Shown one piece after another: positions 37,651-48,032 of a stretch of DNA of 64,000 nt. The DNA comes from Promethearchaeota archaeon (lineage in GTDB: Archaea > Asgardarchaeota > Lokiarchaeia > Sigyniarchaeales > SOKP01). The stretch is from assembly GCA_019058445.1 (NCBI GenBank), contig JAHPZA010000003.1, forward strand, positions 128,001 through 192,000, written 5' to 3'. How positions within the stretch are numbered: the first letter of the stretch is position 1; every line of letters starts with the position of its first letter. The notes under the pieces were generated by a model. The model saw only the letters and a list, made by a program, of their open reading frames with translations. It was not told the DNA's origin and did not search any database. The translations under genes and the position numbers were made by a program.

Positions 37651-39330
37651 ATGACTGAAGATTTCCAATTCATTTATAAAGAAGAGTTTTGGTATATTAG
37701 TGCGTTCTTGAATACGGTGCTCGTTGATAGCATTGCAAAAAGTGCTGAAATTGAAATCCTCATAAAAAATGAATTTAGTAAATTAAAACCAGAAGATATT
37801 TTTCGCCAAGATTTAAAAGATGATATCATCGGTATGGTAAACAATATATCTCTTAATTGCAAATGGGTCCCGTTTTTGAAAAGTTTTCCCTATAAGGATG
37901 AAAATTCTGAGAGAGAGTTTAACACCTTAGGCTATTTTCAGTTTGAAGTTGAGTATTACAAAAATGATCAAGCAAAAAAAGAAGCTTTAAATCCCTTATT
38001 AATCCAACAAGTCCCTTATATCGTTTTAAATATTTTAAGAGAATATGGTAAAAGACCTGAAAATAAAGGAGTTTACTTTGATACTGAGAGTCCTATATAT
38101 GTATTTGCGACGTCTAATAAGACAAAACCTACTGAAATCCAATGGACCAGAGAAAATGTTGAAAAATATAAAAAGACCATAGCCTATTGGACGGTTATCT
38201 ATTCTGGTCAATGGCCTGATTATTCAGAGAAGTTATATGATCAACGGATTCAAAACAATCTTTCCAATCGTCTTTCTGAATTGCATTTTATTTACCGTAA
38301 TTCGGGATTTATTTACATGGCAGAAGAAAATTATGAGAGATTCTTTGAATCTTACATGAAACAATTTGTGCTTGAACCCACTCCTAAAATGCGAGCAGTT
38401 CTTTTCGTGTTAAGATCAATAAACGAGTCTCTGGATTTATTATTCTTAAAAACTTACTCGGGTACTTTTACAAATATGAAGACGATTGAAGATAAAATTA
38501 AAAATCTCAGATTTCTAAGAGGACTAGTCCAAACGCAATTAAGTTTAATATATAATGAATTAGATTATAATAGGAGACAACACTATACCAGTGTCTTGAA
38601 GCATTTGATTAGTCAATTCGATCTAAATGATGTAGTGAATAGAGTGAATGAGAAATTTAATTTGATATATGGAGCTATGCAGGAGCTATATCTCAAAAAG
38701 AGTGAAGAAGACGCACAAAGAACCGAAAGAAGATTAAACCTTCTAAACTTACTCTTTGGCGCAGGTATTTTAGCAGATTTAGCTGGTGTGATTATGATTG
38801 CGTTTAGTTTACAAGAAAGTGATTCACCCGCAGTATTGCTCCATATTTCTATATTCATCATTATATTAGGAATTTTAGTCCTTACCATTGGATATTACAT
38901 CTATTCAAAGATAAAGATCATAGAAACTGAAGTCGGAAAAACGGTGGATGCTGTAATAGAGGATGATAGGGGCAATGTGGTTTTGATTAAGCGCAAGTAC
39001 CCTCCTTTCAAAGATTATTATGCCCTTCCCGGAGGGTTTATAGAAAAAGGTGAAACACCAAAACAGGCGGTTATAAGGGAAGTAAAGGAAGAAACCAATC
39101 TTACCATTGAAATACTTAAAAAAATTGGTATCTTTGATGAAGAAGGACGAGATCCCCGCGGTAAAATAATTTCTACCGCGTTTAAATGCCGTATAATTGG
39201 CGACACTTCCCAAATGCAAAGTGGTACCGATTCAGCGAGTGTTGAACTTATCCCTAAGGAAAAAATAGCTACACTCGATCTAGCTTTTGATCACAGAGAT
39301 ATTTTAAAGGATGCAGATATTATTGAATAA
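37651..39330 (+). CDS. CorA-like 2-TM membrane protein fused to a C-terminal Nudix (ADP-ribose pyrophosphatase-type) domain
   Basis: Soluble N-domain, long amphipathic helices, two TM helices (aa ~362-418), then LPGGFIEKGETPKQAVIREVKEETNL, RDPRG, LAFDH. The Nudix call is strong; the CorA-like call is inferred from topology. Confidence 0.75.
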   Translation: MTEDFQFIYKEEFWYISAFLNTVLVDSIAKSAEIEILIKNEFSKLKPEDIFRQDLKDDIIGMVNNISLNCKWVPFLKSFPYKDENSEREFNTLGYFQFEVEYYKNDQAKKEALNPLLIQQVPYIVLNILREYGKRPENKGVYFDTESPIYVFATSNKTKPTEIQWTRENVEKYKKTIAYWTVIYSGQWPDYSEKLYDQRIQNNLSNRLSELHFIYRNSGFIYMAEENYERFFESYMKQFVLEPTPKMRAVLFVLRSINESLDLLFLKTYSGTFTNMKTIEDKIKNLRFLRGLVQTQLSLIYNELDYNRRQHYTSVLKHLISQFDLNDVVNRVNEKFNLIYGAMQELYLKKSEEDAQRTERRLNLLNLLFGAGILADLAGVIMIAFSLQESDSPAVLLHISIFIIILGILVLTIGYYIYSKIKIIETEVGKTVDAVIEDDRGNVVLIKRKYPPFKDYYALPGGFIEKGETPKQAVIREVKEETNLTIEILKKIGIFDEEGRDPRGKIISTAFKCRIIGDTSQMQSGTDSASVELIPKEKIATLDLAFDHRDILKDADIIE

Positions 39331-39476
39331 ATTTGTTTTTCTTTTTTTTTTTTCAGTATTGTTTATTATTACTTATTTATCTTTAAAGAGAAATTCTTTT
39401 ATTTTCATTCAGCATATATTTTTTAAATTATAATGAAAAATATAATAAATCCAATAATACAAGTAAAACATGAACA

Positions 39477-40787
39477 ATGAGTCAAAATATGGCATCTAAT
39501 CTTGATGAGATATATAAATCCATTGTAAATGATTCTAAAGATAAAACGGGTATTGTCTGCTTAAATTGCTTATTTAAATACATCACAATTGAAGATTTAC
39601 AAGATTTTGCTAAAGAACATGAAATTCACATTGTTAAAAAAAGTGAGATGAGAAAGCTTGATTATTTTAAATATATATGTCACGCTTTTTATAATGATTA
39701 TCAGAGTAATTCTCAAACTCAAGCACTCTATTCTAATTGTCTAACTTATATAGGTGAAATGTTATTTAGAAATGAGAAATTTTTTGACATCTTTAAGATG
39801 CACGATTTTCTAAGTAAACAAGAAATCATTGAAGTCTTTGCAGATTGGTGTGCTGATCTTGGCATTTCTGTGTTTAATACCTCAGAAATCTCTGAATATT
39901 CATTAGATCTATATTTTACGAAGAGAAAACCTAGACTGAGAACTGAAGCTGTTTTTTTAAGAACTGGAGAAGAAATGGATGAAAAGAATTATGAGAAAAC
40001 ATTAGAATTCATTAAAAATTCTAAGAAGATATCTGCATGGACTGTCTTTGTGACAACGCCATTAGGAGCATTTAATATAGGGCTTTATAAATTAATTGGC
40101 GATATGGAGAGATTAAACACATGGCTATATATAGTTGATCCTTTAAAAATGAGAATTTTTGGAATTATTCGGGGCAAAAAATCTAAAGATCATGATCAAG
40201 ATTTAAGAGATGAATATATCAAGAAATTACCTCGTGAACCAATTAGAGCTCCTTCCCAAGTCATTAAGTTTTCGAAATATGACTTAAATGATGCAGAAAG
40301 GTATAAACCTTCAAACTTTACAATATTTGAACTTATAAGCGAAAGGGAACATGAAGAATTGATTAAAATACCACTAAAAGATCCAAGATATAAAAAAATC
40401 TTTAGAAACCTTCTAATTATAGAAGAAAATTCAGGAATCTCAGTTTTCTCATATTCCAGCGAAATTGTTACGATGGATGATAATTTAATTTCAGGATTTT
40501 TGAGTGCAATTGATCATTTTATGTCAGAAGTAGGAGGCTCCTCATCTTTAAAGGAAATAGATTATAAAGGTTTCTTTGTACAAGCGGCATACGGTGAATT
40601 TGTAAAAATGGCTGTTTTCCTTTCCGAACCTGGGGATCAAATATTAAAAGAGCGTCTTTCTTATTTTATTAAACAATTTGAGGAAAAATATAAGGAACAA
40701 ATAGAAGAATTTAAGTTAACTGGGAATGTTTCAGTCTTTACTAATAAAGAGATAAAATTTCTTGCTCAAGAAATCTTAGAAATTTAG
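39477..40787 (+). CDS. Multidomain protein: CxxC N-region, Mrr/REase-like middle domain, C-terminal longin-like domain
   Basis: C-terminal LLIIEENSGISVFSY...DDNLISGFLSAIDHFMSEV...LKEIDYKGF...FIKQFEEKY...GNVSVF. Confidence 0.7.
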   Translation: MSQNMASNLDEIYKSIVNDSKDKTGIVCLNCLFKYITIEDLQDFAKEHEIHIVKKSEMRKLDYFKYICHAFYNDYQSNSQTQALYSNCLTYIGEMLFRNEKFFDIFKMHDFLSKQEIIEVFADWCADLGISVFNTSEISEYSLDLYFTKRKPRLRTEAVFLRTGEEMDEKNYEKTLEFIKNSKKISAWTVFVTTPLGAFNIGLYKLIGDMERLNTWLYIVDPLKMRIFGIIRGKKSKDHDQDLRDEYIKKLPREPIRAPSQVIKFSKYDLNDAERYKPSNFTIFELISEREHEELIKIPLKDPRYKKIFRNLLIIEENSGISVFSYSSEIVTMDDNLISGFLSAIDHFMSEVGGSSSLKEIDYKGFFVQAAYGEFVKMAVFLSEPGDQILKERLSYFIKQFEEKYKEQIEEFKLTGNVSVFTNKEIKFLAQEILEI

Positions 40788-40807
40788 AAATATTTTATCT
40801 TTTGATT

Positions 40808-41233
40808 TCAAGAGATCGGATGTTTTTCTTTAAAAATTAACTCGATAATTAACTCATCTCTGGATTTGGTTATATAATCTTCCAATTCATGAAATATATT
40901 AATATTTCCATCCCATTTGATTAGCTCTTCTTTTGGATATCTCTGGAAAAATAAGGTTATAACGTGGTCTAATAGTCTCAAGACTTTTTTATGTTTAATC
41001 CTTCTAGAAGAACTTGCTAAAAAAATGAAATTATTTCTTTTAATTAAATCGAACCGGAGGTTACTAAATTCTAAACAATTCAGCTGTTCATGAGTTAATT
41101 CTTGCGTAAAAGAAGTTAATGCACTTATAAGCATACCAAAAACTTGTTCTTCAATTTGCGGATTACTAACTTTACTGGCAACCACTTTTCCACTGTCCGT
41201 TATTATCAATATGTCCTGCAGCGTATCGAACAT
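40808..41233 (-). CDS. Stand-alone longin-like domain protein
   Basis: LQDILIITDSGKVV...QVFGMLISALTSFTQEL...FFQRY...WDGNINIF. ATG 41233 is preferred over the GTG at 41287. Confidence 0.75.
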   Translation of the reverse strand: MFDTLQDILIITDSGKVVASKVSNPQIEEQVFGMLISALTSFTQELTHEQLNCLEFSNLRFDLIKRNNFIFLASSSRRIKHKKVLRLLDHVITLFFQRYPKEELIKWDGNINIFHELEDYITKSRDELIIELIFKEKHPIS

Positions 41234-41484
41234 GATTGTTCTTCCAAACCTAAAGGTCTCTCTATCGAAAAAAATACTTCCAAACACAATAATCGAGTAA
41301 TTTATATTTAAATTTAATGCAAAAATTTGTCAATATATTCAATTTTTTTGACGAATATTAGAAACACTAAAAGTATTAATTTTTATGTGTGGGTTGCCAT
41401 GTCTTAAAACATTTATTAAATGGGATATTTAAATACAACAATCAAATAGTAATATATTCAAAAAAATTAAAAAATCAAATTAAA

Positions 41485-42582
41485 ATGATAATAGATGAGA
41501 AACATCGCCAAAATTTATTAAATGTGGCTAGAAAACTTAAGTATGCCTGGTATTCCGTCCCAACTTACGAAGATGGCAAGCCTACAGACACGTATTTGGA
41601 ATATTTAAGCTTAATGTATAATCCAGAAATCGCTGAATTAATCCAAGTTCTTGAACTTTTCCCAAATACTCTCTCTCTTATAAAATTCGCAAAAAAAGTG
41701 AATATGGAAAAGCAGGAGCTAATGGAAAAACTAGAAGATATTACTCAAAATGGATTTGTGGTAAAGTTTGGAAGGCAATATGCCCTACCTTTTCCTTTAT
41801 TTATCCATGATGGCCCTTTTCTCATAGCAAAAACGTATAAAAGCAAAAACGGCTCCAAATTCGCGGAGTTGGGCACTAAATACTTTTATGAAGAGGAATA
41901 TTATAAAAAATGGCAAAATACTAAAGATGGAACCCCCCGAAACCGAATACTTACCGTTAGTGAAAATATTGAACCGGGACAAGAAATAGTACCTGCCGAA
42001 GAAGTATATAGTATTATTGATCAAAATACTGATTTTGCCGTCGTCCCTTGTCCCTGTCGAAATAGAGCTGAACTAGCAGGAACAAGAAAATGTAAAGATA
42101 AGTATCCAATTCATAATTGCCTTTTATTAGGCCCCTATGCTAAAGCTTCATTGGAATTTGGAGATCCGATTATTAAAGCCATTACCAAAGAAGAAGCTAA
42201 AGAGCTTATTAAAGAAGCTTCAGACCTTGGCCTCGTTCATAATACTGATAATAAAGCTAAAAATTGTACTATAATCTGTTCTTGCTGTGAATGCTGTTGC
42301 GGACATTTAACTGGAATGATTAAATATGGCAATCCAAGAGCAATCGGTAAGGCGAATTATCTTGCTCATGTCGATGAAAACTTATGTGTAGCTTGCGGTA
42401 CCTGCATAGACCGATGTAAATTCAGTGCTATTGTTGTTAATGACATAGCAGAAGTAAATTCTGATAAATGTGTAGGATGCGGGTTATGTGCTGTTACATG
42501 CCCAAATGATGCAATCACCATGAGACGGTTTGAAAGAGAAGAAGTACCACTTGACAGAGAAGAAATTGAAATCTTGGATTGA
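41485..42582 (+). CDS. 4Fe-4S dicluster (ferredoxin-domain) protein with extra Cys cluster
   Basis: CPCR, C...C, ICSCCECCC, CVACGTCIDRC, CVGCGLCAVTCP. ATG 41485 is the likely start. Confidence 0.85.
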   Translation: MIIDEKHRQNLLNVARKLKYAWYSVPTYEDGKPTDTYLEYLSLMYNPEIAELIQVLELFPNTLSLIKFAKKVNMEKQELMEKLEDITQNGFVVKFGRQYALPFPLFIHDGPFLIAKTYKSKNGSKFAELGTKYFYEEEYYKKWQNTKDGTPRNRILTVSENIEPGQEIVPAEEVYSIIDQNTDFAVVPCPCRNRAELAGTRKCKDKYPIHNCLLLGPYAKASLEFGDPIIKAITKEEAKELIKEASDLGLVHNTDNKAKNCTIICSCCECCCGHLTGMIKYGNPRAIGKANYLAHVDENLCVACGTCIDRCKFSAIVVNDIAEVNSDKCVGCGLCAVTCPNDAITMRRFEREEVPLDREEIEILD

Positions 42583-42657
42583 ACTTTTTATTATTAAAAA
42601 AGCTAATTCCTTTTGTATTACAATAATTATTTAATAGTTAAATATATCTGAATAATA

Positions 42658-43371
42658 ATGTTGCAACAAACTTTTACATTGAGTAGAATTCTACAAGTTT
42701 ACGTACTTCAGCTCGGAATGGGAATGTATTTCTTGATACTTGCCATTTTAGTTCTTAAAAGAAATACCAAGAGACTAAATCTGATTTTCGCTGGATTTTT
42801 TATATTTACATTTATAGGAGCCTTATTGAATGTTATTTACGCGCCAATTACAGATATTCCAATCGCTACAGTTTTAGCTTATCTTACAGTTTATTTTGCA
42901 TATTTTGCTCAAATTTTTTTATTAGTATTTAATCTCGTGCTATTAAAATCAACCAAAATCATTGATACTAAAAAGCAGTTCATGATTATAATTGTGTACG
43001 CTGTACTACTTTCCTTCGCCTTTTTTATTCCTAATGGTTTGACGATTAGCCAAAGCAATAATTACATTCCCTATTGGAATTTACCTTACTTTTTGTACCT
43101 TGTAATCTTGTCTCTTTCGGTTACTGTTGTACCATCAATTTATACATCGATAAAAATATATAATAAATTCGAAGATGAAGAAATAAAACGCAAATGGAAA
43201 TTCTACGTTTTTGGAATTTCGACATATTTTATAGCTTATTTGGGAATTTCTGTTTGTAATTATATTAACCATCCGACAATTAGGCTCATTTGGAACTCAT
43301 TTGCGCTACTGCTTTTTATTTGCTCGTATTTTATGTATTACGGCGTTGTAAAACAATTAAAATCAGAATAA
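42658..43371 (+). CDS. Stand-alone 7-TM membrane protein (HisKA_7TM-like)
   Basis: Seven hydrophobic helices; paralogous to 60889-61596 (P.W, SIK.Y..F.D...K.K.K.., YYG). Confidence 0.75.
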   Translation: MLQQTFTLSRILQVYVLQLGMGMYFLILAILVLKRNTKRLNLIFAGFFIFTFIGALLNVIYAPITDIPIATVLAYLTVYFAYFAQIFLLVFNLVLLKSTKIIDTKKQFMIIIVYAVLLSFAFFIPNGLTISQSNNYIPYWNLPYFLYLVILSLSVTVVPSIYTSIKIYNKFEDEEIKRKWKFYVFGISTYFIAYLGISVCNYINHPTIRLIWNSFALLLFICSYFMYYGVVKQLKSE

Positions 43372-43485
43372 GCATAATTAATTCATTAATTTTTTTAATT
43401 TTTTTTAAGGAGAAAATTTTAATAGAAAATCTATAATATTTTGAAATGTTTTATTTCTTAGAATAGGAAAATTAGAAATAAAATT

Positions 43486-44304
43486 ATGCCTCTCACTAAA
43501 CGTATAATTCCGTGTTTAGATGTAACAGAAGGTCGAGTTGTCAAAGGTACTCGCTTCATTAATCTTAGAGATGCGGGGGATGCTGTTGAGTTAGGTGCTT
43601 TTTATGATGACCAAGGTGCAGATGAACTAGTTTTTCTAGACATTACCGCATCGTCTGATAAAAGAAAAATACTAATTGAACTAGTAGAAAGAACTGGTGA
43701 GCAGGTATTCATACCTTTTACTGTTGGTGGAGGATTACGTACAGTAAAAGATATCAAAGAAATCTTACGGGCTGGGGCAGATAAAATTTCATTAAATACA
43801 GCAGCAGTAAAAAATCCGAAGTTAATTTCTGAAGGCGCAAAAATTTTTGGTGCTCAATGCATTGTAACTGCCATTGATGCAAAAAGAGTGTATGTTGAGG
43901 CTCCTGAATATGCGAAAGATAAAGTTATAATAAAAATTGATAATGATAGATATTGTTGGTGGGAAGTATATATTCACGGAGGACGAACCCCCACTGGGAA
44001 AGATGCCATCCTTTGGGGAGAAGAAGCAACTAATTTAGGGAGTGGTGAAATTCTTTTAACGAGCATGGATAAAGACGGAACTCGTGATGGCTACGATTTA
44101 GAATTAACAAAAGCTTTTAGTGAAAGATTAAATGTTCCAATTATAGCTTCAGGTGGAGCAGGGAATCCTCAACATATTATCGACGCATTTAGTTTAGGTA
44201 AAGCAGATGCAGCATTGGCAGCTTCCATATTTCATTATAATGAATATCCCATTAAAATAGTTAAACAAGAGTGTAAAAAATCAGGAATTTCTATGAGGTT
44301 ATAG
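43486..44304 (+). CDS. hisF: Imidazole glycerol phosphate synthase cyclase subunit
   Basis: [49 protein letters not shown]. Confidence 0.98.
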   Translation: MPLTKRIIPCLDVTEGRVVKGTRFINLRDAGDAVELGAFYDDQGADELVFLDITASSDKRKILIELVERTGEQVFIPFTVGGGLRTVKDIKEILRAGADKISLNTAAVKNPKLISEGAKIFGAQCIVTAIDAKRVYVEAPEYAKDKVIIKIDNDRYCWWEVYIHGGRTPTGKDAILWGEEATNLGSGEILLTSMDKDGTRDGYDLELTKAFSERLNVPIIASGGAGNPQHIIDAFSLGKADAALAASIFHYNEYPIKIVKQECKKSGISMRL

Positions 44305-44307
44305 CTT

Positions 44308-44937
44308 ATGCCACTTAATATTACTATCATTGATTATGAAATGGGCAATCTTAAAAGTATTTATAAGTGTTTAAAGCACTTAAACATTGAAGCTAAGATT
44401 ACAGATAATCCCAAATTGATATTAGATTCGGATGGCGTTATTTTACCGGGAGTGGGCGCTTTTGGTGATGCTATGATGCACTTGAAAGAGAAAAACCTAA
44501 TCCCAATCATTAAACAACTGATTAAAGATAATAAACCTCTATTTGGAGTTTGTTTAGGATTGCATCTGTTATATTCAAAAGGATATGAGATGGGGGAATT
44601 TGAGGGATTAGATATAATACAAGGTGAGGTCATTATTTTTGATAATTCAAAAGTAGATAAAATTCCTCAAATAGGATGGAATAATGTTGAATTTCAAAAT
44701 GATAAGCATTTTTTAATCCAAGGAATCCCAAACAATTCCTATTTCTACTTTGTACATAGTTTTTATGGAATCCCCAAGAATAAGGAGCAGGTTGTTGGTT
44801 TAACAAAATACGGTGAGATTGAATTCTGTTCAATTGTTAGTAAAGACAACGTTTTTGCTACTCAATTTCATCCAGAAAAATCGAGTAAATATGGAATTCA
44901 AATCTATCAGAATTTTGTAGATTTTTGTAAGAGATAA
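44308..44937 (+). CDS. hisH: Imidazole glycerol phosphate synthase glutaminase subunit
   Basis: LPGVGAF, GVCLG, YFVHSF, QFHPEKS. Confidence 0.98.
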   Translation: MPLNITIIDYEMGNLKSIYKCLKHLNIEAKITDNPKLILDSDGVILPGVGAFGDAMMHLKEKNLIPIIKQLIKDNKPLFGVCLGLHLLYSKGYEMGEFEGLDIIQGEVIIFDNSKVDKIPQIGWNNVEFQNDKHFLIQGIPNNSYFYFVHSFYGIPKNKEQVVGLTKYGEIEFCSIVSKDNVFATQFHPEKSSKYGIQIYQNFVDFCKR

Positions 44938-45012
44938 GGGCTTATCAGATTAATAATTGGATTTAAAAATTTAGCTTGAATTAACAATGTTTAACTTATT
45001 AATTGCTTATAA

Positions 45013-46566
45013 TTAGTATATCCCATTTTGTTCTGATTTCTTATATCTTTCTTTTAAAATGGATTCTTCTAAATGTTTAATTTTGTCAGTATGTTTTAAA
45101 GGATATTCCCCGGTTAAGCATGCTAAACATAATTGACTTTCATCTTTTCCAATAGATTTTTTTAAATCATCAAGAGTTTGATAAAGAAGGGAATCAGCAC
45201 CAATGGTATTCCTAACTTTATTAATATATTCCTTTTCTCCATATTTCTCTTTATTCTTTCCAGCAATTAATTCTTTGGTTGTAGGAAAATCAATACCCAT
45301 ATAACACGCACTGACTACAGGTGGGCAACTTACTCTAACATGAACCGATTTGGCTCCTCCCTTTTGTCTTAATAAAGAAACTATTTGTTTTGTAGTAGTA
45401 CCTCGCACAATAGAATCATCAAATAGAATTACATCTTTTCCTTGAATAACACTCTTAATAGGGTTTAATTTTTCTTTTACAGCTGCTTTTCGTGTTTTTT
45501 GTCCGGGCATAATGAATGTTCGCCATACGTATCGATTTTTCATTAACCCTTCTACATAGGGTAATCTCGATTGTTTTGCATACCCTACTGCAGCACTTCT
45601 TCCTGAATCAGGCACAGGTACAACGATCGCATTCTTTTTAAATTCTTGATCTAAAAGTTGAGGGTCTTTTACTGCTAAATTTTCGCCCATTCTCAATCTG
45701 GCTTGGGCTACAGAAACTCCATCAATAATGGAATCAGGTCGGGCAAAATATACAAATTCGAATTGACATAACGCAGTTCTTTCTGCTTTTAAAACCAATT
45801 CCGATTGAATATCCTTTTGATGGCTTAAATGTACTATTTCTCCTGGTTTTACATCTCTTAAAAAATTAGCTCCTACAGTATCAATCGCACAAGATTCAGA
45901 GGCAACAAAATAGAGATTTCTTTTTTCAGTCTTTAATTCCCCAATACATAAGGGTTTAAAGCCTTTTGGATCTCTTATTGCATAAATATCTCCATCAGCT
46001 GTCATGATGACCAGAGAATAAGACCCATCTAATAGTTTACTAGCAATTTTTAAAATTTCTGGCCATTTTTCAGTCCCTATGGCAATAGACGCAATTAATT
46101 GAGCTATAACTTCAGTGTCCGTATTAGTAACAAATATTCTACCTAAATCATCCATTTTTTTCTTAATGTCATCATATACAGGAATTGTTCCATTAAATGC
46201 TAATGAAAATTCTATATCATTATTCTTAAAATGAAAGGGTTGAATATAATCGAGCGATTCATATTCAGAGCTTCCTGTTGTCGCATATCTATTATGCCCA
46301 ATTCCAACATTACCCCAAAATTGACTTAATTTGTTATCGGTTAATACTTGTGACACTAATCCTTTTCTTTTATAAGTATAGATTTTGCCGCCTGTTTTTA
46401 AAATAGATATCCCCGAACTTTCTTGACCCCGATGTTGTTGAGCAATTAATCCTTGATATAATAATTTAGAGACAGAAAAAGCAACATCATCACAGGTAAC
46501 CCCAAAAATTGCACAATGTTCGAGAGGTTTATCTCGCATGAGGTTTCCTTTTCTTTTTAAAAACAT
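45013..46566 (-). CDS. purF: Amidophosphoribosyltransferase
   Basis: Propeptide then C-AIFG, QHRGQES, GHNRYAT, FEFVYFARPDS, DDSIVRGTT, CYMGIDFPT, CLACLTGEYP. Confidence 0.97.
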   Translation of the reverse strand: MFLKRKGNLMRDKPLEHCAIFGVTCDDVAFSVSKLLYQGLIAQQHRGQESSGISILKTGGKIYTYKRKGLVSQVLTDNKLSQFWGNVGIGHNRYATTGSSEYESLDYIQPFHFKNNDIEFSLAFNGTIPVYDDIKKKMDDLGRIFVTNTDTEVIAQLIASIAIGTEKWPEILKIASKLLDGSYSLVIMTADGDIYAIRDPKGFKPLCIGELKTEKRNLYFVASESCAIDTVGANFLRDVKPGEIVHLSHQKDIQSELVLKAERTALCQFEFVYFARPDSIIDGVSVAQARLRMGENLAVKDPQLLDQEFKKNAIVVPVPDSGRSAAVGYAKQSRLPYVEGLMKNRYVWRTFIMPGQKTRKAAVKEKLNPIKSVIQGKDVILFDDSIVRGTTTKQIVSLLRQKGGAKSVHVRVSCPPVVSACYMGIDFPTTKELIAGKNKEKYGEKEYINKVRNTIGADSLLYQTLDDLKKSIGKDESQLCLACLTGEYPLKHTDKIKHLEESILKERYKKSEQNGIY

Positions 46567-46687
46567 AATACTTTTTCCATTCAGAGAAAGTTTAAGAGAA
46601 ACAATTTAATTAACTTCAATTAATTAGAATCAATTATATTTTTTAACAATTAGTTTAATAGATTATTAACAATTTAATCAAAAAAAA

Positions 46688-47362
46688 ATGTCAAATATAA
46701 GCGGTAATAATAAATATCTAGCTTTTGTCATCCTCATTGGAGGAAAAAGTACCCGCTTTGGTACTGATAAAGGTCTTTATGAATTTTTAGGAAAACCATT
46801 AATTGTGTACCAACTGGAAGTTTTAGCTCGATTTAATAATGATATTTATGTGGTTGCTCATTCTCAAAACCAAGTTCAAAAGTATGTAAATGATATTGAT
46901 TATAGGAATATAACCGCTTTTATCTTAGACGATAAAGAATGTACCTCGGGAAAAAAAATACGATCACCTTTAATCGGAATATGCTCCGCATTTAAAGAAA
47001 TAGAAAAATTAGGATATGAAAAGGCTTTTACTCTATCATGTGATTTGCCTCTTATTAATCCTGAAGTAGTTAATTTATTATTAAAGCATTCTAAAGATGT
47101 CGATTGTTGTGTTCCAAGATGGAATAATAACTATTTAGAACCATTATTTGCCATATATCCTGTTAAAAAAGCACTTCAAGAAATAGAGGAAAATCTTCAG
47201 AATGAAACCTATAAATTGACAAGCATTTTAAATAGGGATTGGAGTATTAAATATATCTCGATTGAAGAGGAAATTCAACCATTAGACGATAAATTACTTA
47301 CTTTTTTAAACATTAATAATCATGTTGATATAGACAAATTATTAGAAATATACCAAAATTAA
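46688..47362 (+). CDS. mobA: Molybdenum cofactor guanylyltransferase
   Basis: LIGGKSTRFGTDKG, SPLIGI, SCDLP, EPLFAIY, FLNIN. Confidence 0.85.
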   Translation: MSNISGNNKYLAFVILIGGKSTRFGTDKGLYEFLGKPLIVYQLEVLARFNNDIYVVAHSQNQVQKYVNDIDYRNITAFILDDKECTSGKKIRSPLIGICSAFKEIEKLGYEKAFTLSCDLPLINPEVVNLLLKHSKDVDCCVPRWNNNYLEPLFAIYPVKKALQEIEENLQNETYKLTSILNRDWSIKYISIEEEIQPLDDKLLTFLNINNHVDIDKLLEIYQN

Positions 47363-47376
47363 GTGATCAGAAGTAT

Positions 47377-47754
47377 ATGGAAGATTTTAATTGGAAAGAG
47401 ATTAAAGAAAAGCTCCAAAAAGCTGTAGAAATAGAAGTTAATGAGAAAGAATTGGCTGTTAAAATTAAAATTTTAGAGCCAAATGTCGAAGAGGCCCAAA
47501 TGGTAGGAAATATGTTGAAAAGTGAAGATGAAATGAAACAATCATTATCAGCCTTTATTAATCAAAATCAACCCATTGATTGCGATGTTGAAGTAAATCA
47601 AGAAGAAAAGTTTATTGAAATTAAATTCAGAGAGAAAGAATTTTGGGAAAAAACTCATCAATTATTTAATGAGATGTTTTTCGGAGATTATCTTAAAAAA
47701 ATGATTGAAGCCATGATGGGTGCTTTTGGAGGAATTTTTGGTAAAGAGGATTAA
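47377..47754 (+). CDS. Acidic hypothetical protein
   Basis: 125-aa ORF 14 nt after mobA, typical codon use; no family recognised. Confidence 0.75.
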   Translation: MEDFNWKEIKEKLQKAVEIEVNEKELAVKIKILEPNVEEAQMVGNMLKSEDEMKQSLSAFINQNQPIDCDVEVNQEEKFIEIKFREKEFWEKTHQLFNEMFFGDYLKKMIEAMMGAFGGIFGKED

Positions 47755-47773
47755 AATCTATCTCTTTTTTTAA

Positions 47774-47920
47774 ATAAAAATTATTCTTTTATCTCTTTTA
47801 TTATTCTGAAAAAAATCTATTACTTTAATACTTTAATAATTATAGAATTTAAGTCAATTCAGTGAAATATTGAAAAACATTGGTAACACACTATAAAAGT
47901 AATAGAATCTTCAAAATAAT
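47774..47920 (+). ncRNA. Candidate structured cis-regulatory RNA, copy 1 (span includes upstream TATA region)
   Basis: 129/147 identical, gap-free, to 49933-50079; 11-bp stem TCTATTACTTT/AAAGTAATAGA; compensatory changes between copies. Confidence 0.6.
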
Positions 47921-48032
47921 TTTGGTTTTCAAATCCAAAATTTTTTAATAGTCTAAAGATTAATCTTTTGAGTTAATTATAAAAGATTGCTAAATGCCTA
48001 AAAGATAATAAAATAAATTTGTTGAAATCATT

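Noticed and set aside
43890-43960. Insertion in HisF ([21 protein letters not shown])
   Set aside because: Similar loop insertions are common in archaeal HisF; not novel
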